A DNA stretch of 64,000 nucleotides. It comes from Candidatus Forterrea multitransposorum CG_2015-17_Forterrea_25_41 (GTDB lineage Archaea; Iainarchaeota; Iainarchaeia; Iainarchaeales; CSSED10-239). Location of the stretch: NCBI GenBank assembly GCA_009392915.1, contig CP045477.1, forward strand, positions 1 through 64,000. Reading direction: 5' to 3'. Below are positions 20,804-28,838 of this stretch, in pieces (position 1 is the first letter of the stretch; each line of letters begins with the position of its first letter). Below the pieces are notes generated by a model, which worked only from the letters and a program-made list of their open reading frames with translations, had not been told where the DNA came from and searched no databases. The position numbers and the translations under genes are program-made.

Positions 20804-21088
20804 GTGATGAAAAATATGAAAAAAGAAGTTTTAGAAAAACTAAATATATTATTAACTAGTGCTTTTGGTTTAGTTGCTGCTCTTGCATGGAATGATGCTA
20901 TTAAAGCTTTGTTCGTTGCTATTTTTGGACAAGCTGGAACAATAATTGCAATGTTTTTATATGCTATAGTGGTTACAATAATAGTTGTTTGGGTTACAAT
21001 GAGACTTTCTATTTTTTCTGAAAAAACTGGTGACTTAGCAAATAAAGTTGTAAGTACTGCTAAAAAACCTTTAAAGAAAAAGAAGTAA
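20804..21088 (+). CDS. Small membrane protein (DUF-type, two transmembrane helices)
   Basis: Two hydrophobic helices, a lysine-rich C-terminus, and a strong upstream RBS (aaaggagtga). Confidence 0.35.
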   Translation: MMKNMKKEVLEKLNILLTSAFGLVAALAWNDAIKALFVAIFGQAGTIIAMFLYAIVVTIIVVWVTMRLSIFSEKTGDLANKVVSTAKKPLKKKK

Positions 21089-21126
21089 CTTATTTTTTAA
21101 AAAAAGTGAAAAAGTAAAGAAAAATT

Positions 21127-23268
21127 TTATTCTTTCTTTATTTTTTCATTTATTGTTTTTTCTTGATATTCAATTTTTAATTCTTTTAAAGTATCAAGTC
21201 CAAATTTTCCAACTAAATTAATAAATTTGTCAGTATTATTTTTAATATCGTTAGCGCTCTTTATACCATTATTAAAAAGTCTTCTAGCTCTTACTCTTCC
21301 AATATTTCTAAGTTCAACTAATGGAACAAGTTCTTGTTTAATACCATACTTAATCCTAGAAAGAAGATTTGAATATTCTTTTATAGTTATAATACTTGAT
21401 TTAGTGTGTTTTAAAAGTTCAATTGTAGAGTGACAGATCCATTCTGCTCTTGATATTAAATCTCTTATTTGTCCTGGTGTGGTATTATACTCATCAATAA
21501 TGTAGTTTTCTTCTTTTTCTTCAATCCAGTCAGCTATAAGTTTTGTTAAATATATTTTTTGTAAAAGATAAATATCTTCATAATCAAAGAAAATATTAGG
21601 TCTAATTTCTTCAAAGATTGTAAATATATTATTTTCTTTTTCTTGTTTATATTTTAAATATGGATACATTTCAGATGTGTTTGAAATAGTAAATATTTTT
21701 TCCATAATTTTAGTATCTTTATTTTTTTTAATCTCAAGATCTTTTAAAATATTATTTGCAGATAATGGATCAATGTATAAATAACATACTTTTTTACCAA
21801 GAGAAGTTATTAAAAAATCATTTTCATTTTTCTCTAAAAAACCATATTCATAGAATTCATAGACAATATCTTGTATATTTTTTCTAATTTCATGATTATC
21901 TCCATATGTGAAATAGTAAAATGTTTTTGATAAATAATTAATAAGTTCTTCTATACTTTTTAGTTCATTAACTAAAATCATAGAAAGCAAATGTCCTCTA
22001 AGAATATTTATTTTAGAAAGTTGAGAATCTATATTGGAAGGACCAGAAATAATATATGTGTTGTATATCTTTGGAATATCACTTTCTTTATTTACAACAC
22101 AAATAGCTTCTCCTTTTTTATCATATTTAGGTCTTCCTGCTCTTCCTGCCATTTGTTGAAATTCATTAACCGGTATTGGAACCATTGATCCTTCTGAAAA
22201 TCTAAACACACTATTAATAACAACTCTATATGCAGGTAAATTAATTCCTGCTGCAAGAGTTGGTGTTGCAAAAATTGCTTTAATATTTCCTTTTTTAAAA
22301 TTATTTTCAACAATTTCTCTTTGTTTATAAACAAGTCCTGCATGATGGAAAGCAGACCCCATTAAAAGAGAAAGAGAAAGTTCTTCACATTGTTTTGTAG
22401 GATTTTCTAAGGCTTCAAGAGCTTCTTTTGAAATTTGTCTTAGTTTTTTATATTCTTCTGGATTTATATGGGTTGATATTATTTTTCCATATTTTTTAGC
22501 AAACGACATTGCATTTTTTCTAGATGCACAAAAAACAATAATTTGTTTTTCTTTTTTTAAAGTGTCTCTAATGATTGATCCTAAATTAATGTTTTTAACT
22601 GCAAGAGAAGTTAAATCTTCTTTTCTATCTTCAAAATAAATAGAGTCGTTATAAAAAACCCCAGTCTCTAAAGGAACTGGCCTATAATTACTTAAAACTA
22701 GTTTTGCAGAAAGCCAATCAGATATTTCTTTTGAATTTTTAATAGTTGCAGATAAACCTAAAAGAGTAATTTCCTTGTAGTTATGTTTTAGTTGTGTTAT
22801 TATTACTTCTAAGGTAGATCCTCTGTTTGATCCAAGTTCATGTATCTCATCAATGGTTAAAAGTCCAACTTGTTTAAGCCAGGATGGCTCATGTCTTATG
22901 ATTGAATCAAATTTTTCGTATGTTAAAAATAAAACATCATAACTTTCAAGATATTTATTACTTGAATCAAGATCTCCTGTTGAGAGTGCTATTTTTACAT
23001 CAAGTTCTTTTGCAAACTTTCTTTTAGTTTCAAGATAATGTTCTGTAGTTAATGCTTTTAAAGGAGATATATATATTACTTTTTTTTTCTTATTTAAAAG
23101 ACAATCAAGCATATACATTTCAAAGACTGTTGTTTTACCTGAAGCAGTAGGTGTTGTTATGAGTGTATTTTCTCCTATGTTTTCTTTTGCTAAGATTTGC
23201 ATAGGGTTAAGTTTATCATAACCGTTAATCTTTAAGATTTTTTGAATAATTTCTTCTTTTGAATGCAT
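21127..23268 (-). CDS. Ski2/Hel308-like superfamily 2 DNA/RNA helicase
   Basis: Motif I TPTASGKT, DEIH Walker B (LLTIDEIHEL), SAT motif, QMAGRAGR motif VI, and a winged-helix/ratchet C-terminal region. 713 aa. Confidence 0.75.
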   Translation of the reverse strand: MHSKEEIIQKILKINGYDKLNPMQILAKENIGENTLITTPTASGKTTVFEMYMLDCLLNKKKKVIYISPLKALTTEHYLETKRKFAKELDVKIALSTGDLDSSNKYLESYDVLFLTYEKFDSIIRHEPSWLKQVGLLTIDEIHELGSNRGSTLEVIITQLKHNYKEITLLGLSATIKNSKEISDWLSAKLVLSNYRPVPLETGVFYNDSIYFEDRKEDLTSLAVKNINLGSIIRDTLKKEKQIIVFCASRKNAMSFAKKYGKIISTHINPEEYKKLRQISKEALEALENPTKQCEELSLSLLMGSAFHHAGLVYKQREIVENNFKKGNIKAIFATPTLAAGINLPAYRVVINSVFRFSEGSMVPIPVNEFQQMAGRAGRPKYDKKGEAICVVNKESDIPKIYNTYIISGPSNIDSQLSKINILRGHLLSMILVNELKSIEELINYLSKTFYYFTYGDNHEIRKNIQDIVYEFYEYGFLEKNENDFLITSLGKKVCYLYIDPLSANNILKDLEIKKNKDTKIMEKIFTISNTSEMYPYLKYKQEKENNIFTIFEEIRPNIFFDYEDIYLLQKIYLTKLIADWIEEKEENYIIDEYNTTPGQIRDLISRAEWICHSTIELLKHTKSSIITIKEYSNLLSRIKYGIKQELVPLVELRNIGRVRARRLFNNGIKSANDIKNNTDKFINLVGKFGLDTLKELKIEYQEKTINEKIKKE

Positions 23269-23405
23269 ATTTATTTTTTTAAAAAATTTATTTTTCTGTT
23301 TATATATTATTTTTTTCTTTCTATATATTATTATAAAGAAGATAATATAATACCTCTTTTTATTAATTAATTACTTTTAAAAAGATTATTATAAATAATA
23401 TATTT

Positions 23406-23609
23406 ATGGATATAAATAATAAATTATCTAAAAATCTAAAGTTAGCTTTTAAAGCATATGAAACAAGAAGTATTTCTTTATCAGAGGCAGCAGACATCGC
23501 TGGTATTTCATATAAGGATTTTTTAGATAAAATGGCTGTAAATAATGTTAAGTTTGATTTTTCAAGTATTGGAAAAGATGTGAACTATTTTGTTAAGAAA
23601 ACTAAGTAG
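23406..23609 (+). CDS. UPF0175-like small HTH protein (putative antitoxin)
   Basis: 67 aa with ISLSEAADIAGISYKDFLDKM, resembling UPF0175 antitoxin HTH proteins. Confidence 0.4.
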   Translation: MDINNKLSKNLKLAFKAYETRSISLSEAADIAGISYKDFLDKMAVNNVKFDFSSIGKDVNYFVKKTK

Positions 23610-23625
23610 TTTAATCTTTTTTTAT

Positions 23626-24737
23626 AATTGTGTTGCATAACTCTTTTTAAAAGTATTGTCTAACCTATTTTATTACTAGATAAAGGAGGTTAGACAATAT
23701 GAATATTAAGAACGAAAAGATTAATAAAAGGAACTGGTCAAAGATAAATTATGGAAAAACAAGACAAATCTTGTTTTTACTAGATAAAAACATTATTTTT
23801 AGTGAAAATGAAAGACTAGTTTCCCAAAATAAAAACAAACCAGGAAGACAATTTATATATAGTGATAGAATAATAGAACTATTAATTGATCTTAAAAATT
23901 ATTTTAAATTTGATTATCGTAAACTACAGGCATTCTGCCTGTTGTTTAATAATGTTATAAAAATAAAAACACCTGACTTTACAACTATTTGTAGAAGAAT
24001 GCACAAATTAGAATTATTTCTAAAAAATATAAAAACAAAAAAAGAACCAACCTTTATAGCTATAGATGGTTCTGGACTTCAAACTACTAATCGAGGAGAA
24101 TGGCTTAGATTAATACACAAAAAAGGAAAAATAAACTTAAGAAATGGATTTGTAAAATTAGTGATTGCAACAGATGTTGCATCTGGAGAAATAACTGGAG
24201 TGTATATTTCAGATGATTCTGATTTTGAAAATAAAAGCTTATCAGATTTATTATACCAAACAATAAATAATCAAAACCAAGAAGTCAAAGGACTTCTTGG
24301 AGATGGGGCATACGATTCTTATGATAACTTTGATATGCTTGATGATATGGGAATAAAACCAATTATCAAAATCAGAAAGAATGCAATTACAACAGAACCT
24401 AATGACGATTATTTAAAAAGAAGAAGAAAACTTGGAAAAAAGAAAAAAATAAAAAGAATTGAAGTTGCAAAAAAGCAACTTAAAAATGTAGATGACTGGA
24501 AACAAAAAAATGAGTATAATAAAAGGTGGGTTGTTGAATACACGTTTAGTGTATTCAAAAGACTATTCGGACATAGTGTGTACTCTAAAAGAAAGAAATA
24601 TGTCAAAAATGAAGTAATTTCTAAAGTAAATTTGTATAATAAATTATTAAATATCAATTAAGAAAAAAATAAAATGAATTAAAAAAAGAAATAAGCTAAA
24701 AATATTGTGTAAAACACAATATTTGTGCAACACAATT
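23626..24737 (+). mobile_element. IS5-family-like insertion sequence
   Basis: Perfect 12-bp terminal inverted repeats aattgtgttgca at 23626-23637 and, reverse-complemented, at 24726-24737, extendable to ~17 bp. They flank a single DDE transposase ORF. Flanking T-rich sequence is consistent with an ~8-bp target duplication (ttttttat). Confidence 0.65.
23699..24661 (+). CDS. DDE transposase (IS5/IS4 superfamily)
   Basis: Catalytic blocks IAIDGSG, LGDGAYDS and VVEYTFSVFKRLFG, the E-containing block typical of IS5-family transposases. Confidence 0.65.
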   Translation: MNIKNEKINKRNWSKINYGKTRQILFLLDKNIIFSENERLVSQNKNKPGRQFIYSDRIIELLIDLKNYFKFDYRKLQAFCLLFNNVIKIKTPDFTTICRRMHKLELFLKNIKTKKEPTFIAIDGSGLQTTNRGEWLRLIHKKGKINLRNGFVKLVIATDVASGEITGVYISDDSDFENKSLSDLLYQTINNQNQEVKGLLGDGAYDSYDNFDMLDDMGIKPIIKIRKNAITTEPNDDYLKRRRKLGKKKKIKRIEVAKKQLKNVDDWKQKNEYNKRWVVEYTFSVFKRLFGHSVYSKRKKYVKNEVISKVNLYNKLLNIN

Positions 24738-24818
24738 TTTTTTATCTTTTTTAGTTACATTTATAAATATAATCTTCTTTAATATTAGTACCTTATATAT
24801 ATTATACTCAGATCATTT

Positions 24819-26192
24819 ATGGCTATAGACAAAAGATTTTTTTTAGGGATAACTATTAGTAAAAAAAGAAAAGCAATTTCTCCTTTAATTGCCACTATTC
24901 TTTTAATAGTTGTTGCCGTTGCAATTATAGCTATTATTGTTTCCTGGGGAAAAGGATTTACCAATGATTCTTTAAGCAAAGCCTCTGGTCTTGAAATTTA
25001 CACTGAATCAGAAACTTCTTTTTACTTGCAAGTAAAAAATTCAATAAACGGAAGAACTGTTGTTCAATATAATCCTCCTTATAATTCTCCTCACACCTCT
25101 TTAACCATAACAGGTTATAGCCTACATGGTAACACGAATATTAATCCCATAGATCCACCAATTACAATAACTGCAAACCAAACTGCAGTTATTGATCATG
25201 GTATTTTATTTCCAGAATTAAATTTAGTTTTATATTTGGATAATGATCGAATGATTATTAAAACTGATCTTTTACAAACTATTAAATCTCCTCTTTCTTG
25301 TCCAGAAGGTTATGTTTCTGTTCCAGGAAACCACTTATATGGAACTATGAATGAAAGTGGGGGTTTTTGTGTTTCAAAATATGAGATGAAAATGGATAGA
25401 ACAGGAGATGGAATAGGAAATCTTGTAGCTGATTATCCTGATTGTAACACCGGTTCTTTAACATATAATACTTATAGTTATGAATTATGCCCTACACCAG
25501 GCACTTTAGTTTCTACTCCAGAAGGTTCTCCCATAGCAAGAATCACACAAACTGAAAGCATATCAGCCTGTGAAGCTATTGGTGGTCATTTAATAACAAA
25601 TAACGAATGGATGACCATTGTACGAAACATAGAACAAGTTCCATCTAATTGGTCAGGTGGAGCAGTTGGTGATGGCTACCTTCCAAGAGGGAATTCATCT
25701 TCTTCAGGAGCTATGGAAGGCTTTGATCAACTTTCAGGAACTACCAAAAGAACCTTGACCTTAACAAACGGAGAGGTAATTTGGGATTTAGCAGGAAATG
25801 TAAGACAATGGACCAGTGACACTATTCAAAGAAAGGACCAGCCTGATGGTTTTAATAATGTAGATGATAGTAATAATACTTCTGGTTTTAATTGGTTTGA
25901 TTATTTTAAGGGCGGTGGAGTAGATCAATATATTTATTCTGATAATTTAGGTAACACCACCTTAAAGTATAAAGATTTATTTTTATTAACTAGTAATACT
26001 TATAATGCAACAGATAATGGTGTTGGAAGGATTTATACTTATAGTGATTTTAGTGATACTAGTACAACTGAGTACGCGTTTTTGCGCGGTGGTCACTGGG
26101 GCAATGGCACTAATGCCGGGGTCTTGCACCTGGTCTTGAACAAGACTCCTGGGTCCCGGAGCATCCTCATCGGCCTGCGCTGTGTCAAGTAG
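24819..26192 (+). CDS. DGR target (variable) protein: pilin-like surface protein with a C-terminal FGE/C-type-lectin-fold domain
   Basis: N-terminal class III signal/archaeal pilin-like segment KKRKAISPLIATILLIVVAVAI. FGE/DUF1566-type motifs GGHLITNNEWMTIV, GNVRQWTSD, and a C-terminal FLRGGHWGNG...GLRCVK coinciding with the VR repeat. Confidence 0.8.
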   Translation: MAIDKRFFLGITISKKRKAISPLIATILLIVVAVAIIAIIVSWGKGFTNDSLSKASGLEIYTESETSFYLQVKNSINGRTVVQYNPPYNSPHTSLTITGYSLHGNTNINPIDPPITITANQTAVIDHGILFPELNLVLYLDNDRMIIKTDLLQTIKSPLSCPEGYVSVPGNHLYGTMNESGGFCVSKYEMKMDRTGDGIGNLVADYPDCNTGSLTYNTYSYELCPTPGTLVSTPEGSPIARITQTESISACEAIGGHLITNNEWMTIVRNIEQVPSNWSGGAVGDGYLPRGNSSSSGAMEGFDQLSGTTKRTLTLTNGEVIWDLAGNVRQWTSDTIQRKDQPDGFNNVDDSNNTSGFNWFDYFKGGGVDQYIYSDNLGNTTLKYKDLFLLTSNTYNATDNGVGRIYTYSDFSDTSTTEYAFLRGGHWGNGTNAGVLHLVLNKTPGSRSILIGLRCVK

Positions 26193-26195
26193 TTT
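26075..26195 (+). repeat. DGR variable repeat (VR) at the 3' end of the target gene
   Basis: The 121-bp GC-rich segment matches 27300-27420 at 108 of 121 positions. 12 of the 13 mismatches correspond to adenines in the other copy. Confidence 0.85.
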
Positions 26196-26498
26196 TTAGA
26201 AAAAATATATTTCATCCCCAAACCATGTATTTAGACGGGTGAGACGGCAAGACGGCCAGACGGAAGAAGCCATGGCAACCTAAACGTTTCAAGATTGTTT
26301 TTGCAAAAAAATGAAAAAACGTATTTGTGAAGTTTTAAAAAAAAGAAATGAGTGTGATTTTTGCAAATTTTTTTGATTTTTTTCAAAAAAATTTGCTAGC
26401 CGTTAAACCAAATGGTTTTTTAATGTAAAAATAATTTTTATAATAATTAAGTTTTAAAGAAAAAATACTTTATATCTTGGACAAACAATGTGATTTAA

Positions 26499-26885
26499 AT
26501 GAGTTTAGTTGGAAATGAAAAAGGAATTCTAAATTTTGGTGTTTACAAGGAGCTTTTCCCAATCGTTATTGAAACTTATAATTTTTTAGAAAATAATAAA
26601 TCTTTATTTAAAGTAGATTTTGTTTATACAGATACTGTTAAAAATTTAATAGATATTCTTTCTTTTCTTTCCAAAGGGTATAATAAATTTCATTCTAATG
26701 AAAAATCTTTACTTTACTCTTATTCAAGAGATTGTGTTTCTACAACCCAATCTAATCTTTTAATATTATCTGAACTTAATAAAGATCTCTCAAAAGAAAA
26801 AACCTTATATTTTTATAATCAATTTGAGGATAAAATAAAGTATTTTAATGGTTTAATAAAAAAGATTGAAGAAAATAAAAACTAG
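26499..26885 (+). CDS. Hypothetical protein located between the DGR target and avd
   Basis: 128-aa ORF of unknown function within the DGR cassette. Confidence 0.3.
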   Translation: MSLVGNEKGILNFGVYKELFPIVIETYNFLENNKSLFKVDFVYTDTVKNLIDILSFLSKGYNKFHSNEKSLLYSYSRDCVSTTQSNLLILSELNKDLSKEKTLYFYNQFEDKIKYFNGLIKKIEENKN

Positions 26886-26896
26886 GGTATATTATT

Positions 26897-27226
26897 ATGT
26901 TATTTGACTTAAAGTTATATAAAGAAACTTATAACTTTTTACTTTATATTTATCCTGAAATAAATAAATTCCCTAAATCAGATAAATATTCTTTAGGAGA
27001 GGATATTAAAAAAACAACTATTTCTTTAATGTCAAATATTGTTCTTTTTTCAAAGCATAATGAAAATACTTTAAAAGAAGCAGATAAAAACTTAGAATTA
27101 CTAAGAATATATATTAGGCTTTCTTTTGATTTAAAAATAATCTCTTTTAAAAAATATGAGGTTATTTCAAGGCAATTAAATGATATTGGTAATTTATTAG
27201 GTGGTCTTTTAAAACAAAAGATTTAA
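26897..27226 (+). CDS. avd: DGR accessory variability determinant (Avd)-like four-helix-bundle protein
   Basis: 109 aa with the pattern FPKSDKYSLGEDIKKTTISLMSNI, reminiscent of the bAvd/23S-rRNA-intervening-sequence protein family. It is positioned immediately upstream of TR. Confidence 0.6.
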   Translation: MLFDLKLYKETYNFLLYIYPEINKFPKSDKYSLGEDIKKTTISLMSNIVLFSKHNENTLKEADKNLELLRIYIRLSFDLKIISFKKYEVISRQLNDIGNLLGGLLKQKI

Positions 27227-27299
27227 ATATTTTTTCAACTAATAGTTATGTTGTTCTTTTAAATAAAAAGAATAGGGCTTTTACAGAAAAAAACAGGTG

Positions 27300-27420
27300 C
27301 GCGTTTTTGCGCGGTGGTAACTGGAACAATGGCACTAATGCCGGGGTCTTGAACCTGAACTTGAACAATACTCCTGGGAACCGGAACAACAACATCGGCC
27401 TGCGCTGTGTCAAGTAGTTT
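27300..27420 (+). repeat. DGR template repeat (TR)
   Basis: Intergenic 121-bp copy of VR, adenine-rich in AAC codons, located between avd and the RT gene. Confidence 0.85.
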
Positions 27421-27422
27421 CT

Positions 27423-27445
27423 CCTTATTATTTTTAATAATAAGG
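27423..27445 (+). other. Perfect 10-bp stem hairpin immediately downstream of TR
   Basis: ccttattatt-ttt-aataataagg. Confidence 0.4.
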
Positions 27446-27678
27446 TTTTATCAGAGTTTGTATGTTTATTTTTTTATCTAAAAAAACATATAAAGCGAAT
27501 ATTTTAAAAAACTACATCTGTAAAATGTTTCCTGATTGCACATAATGTGTGCCATAAGAACTATTTTGTTTTTATGTTAAAAAATCAAATATAAAGATAA
27601 GTTATTACATTTAGTATTTTTATAGTCTGTAAAAAGAAATCTGTAATAACTCTTAACTTTAAATAAGGCTTTTTAAAA

Positions 27679-28695
27679 ATGAAATCATACAATAACCTTT
27701 GGCAAGAATTCACTTCTTTTAAAAATATTTTTAATGCCTATAAAAAAGCAAGAAAGTCCACACCAAACAAAAAGTATATCTTGCAATTTACCACAAATTT
27801 AGAAAAGGAGTTATTCTTATTACAAGATCAATTAATTTCAGAAAATTTTCAATTTTCTCCTTACAGAAGTTTTAAAGTTTATGAACCTAAAGAAAGAACA
27901 ATAAGTGCACCTATTTTCAGGGATGTTGTTGTTCAGCATGCCATAATAAACATTATTGAACCTATTTTTGATAAAACCTTTATAGATAACTCTTTTGCTT
28001 GTAGAAAAGGAAAAGGCACACATAAAGGGCTTTTTGAAATTAAAAAAGTAATTCAAACCCCAAATCATCCAAAATACTATTTAAAACAAGATGTAAAGAA
28101 ATACTTTCCTTCAGTTCATAAACCTACCTTAAAAGAAATAATTTTTAAAAGAATTAAGGATGCAAGATTACTTTCTCTAATATATAAAATAATTGATAGT
28201 TATTCTTTTGATTTAAATCAAATTCAAAAAGGTATCCCTATAGGTAATTTAACCTCTCAGTTGTTTGCAAATATTTATTTAAACCATTTAGATCAGTATG
28301 TTAAGCATTCTTTAAAAATTAAACATTATTATAGATATGTAGATGATTTTTTAATATTTTCAAACAATAAAAGAAAATTACATGTTTTTAGAAGAAAAAT
28401 AAAATTATTTTTAAGTAAAGAACTATTATTAGATGTTCCAAAAAATAAAACTTATATAAACTTAGTAAGTAAAGGAGTTGATTTTTTAGGTTATAAGGTA
28501 TTTCCTTCAAACATAAGATTAAGAAAATCAAATCTTAAAAGATTTCTTCTAAGACAAAATAAAAATAACTTTCTTCTAAAAAAAAATCAAATTTCTAAAC
28601 TTAACTATAATTTTTCTCTTTTTTCTTTTTTAGGTTATGCAAAGCATGCAAACTCTTATAATCTCTTAAGTACTTTAAATATTAATGAGTTATAG
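27679..28695 (+). CDS. DGR reverse transcriptase
   Basis: RT motifs FRDVVVQHAI, the DGR-diagnostic motif 4 PIGNLTSQLFANIYLN (IGxxxSQ), and motif 5 YYRYVDDFLIF (YxDD). 338 aa; adjacent to TR. Confidence 0.85.
   Translation: MKSYNNLWQEFTSFKNIFNAYKKARKSTPNKKYILQFTTNLEKELFLLQDQLISENFQFSPYRSFKVYEPKERTISAPIFRDVVVQHAIINIIEPIFDKTFIDNSFACRKGKGTHKGLFEIKKVIQTPNHPKYYLKQDVKKYFPSVHKPTLKEIIFKRIKDARLLSLIYKIIDSYSFDLNQIQKGIPIGNLTSQLFANIYLNHLDQYVKHSLKIKHYYRYVDDFLIFSNNKRKLHVFRRKIKLFLSKELLLDVPKNKTYINLVSKGVDFLGYKVFPSNIRLRKSNLKRFLLRQNKNNFLLKKNQISKLNYNFSLFSFLGYAKHANSYNLLSTLNINEL
28589..28687 (+). repeat. 99-bp direct repeat, copy 1 (3' end of the RT coding sequence)
   Basis: Near-identical to 30138-30236. Confidence 0.8.
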
Positions 28696-28838
28696 TTTAT
28701 TTTTATTATGGGCACTTGAGCGTCTATTTTAAACTTAAATTATAATCTTTTACTAACGCACTATACCTTAATTATAATCTTCTATCAAAAGACTATATTT
28801 AAAAATGTTTTTATTATATATTATATTAGTGATAAAAT

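Noticed and set aside
26281-26420. Repeated tttttgcaaa-like motifs considered as a tiny CRISPR-like array
   Set aside because: The motifs are short, irregularly spaced, and partly inverted. This is more consistent with AT-rich promoter or regulatory sequence.
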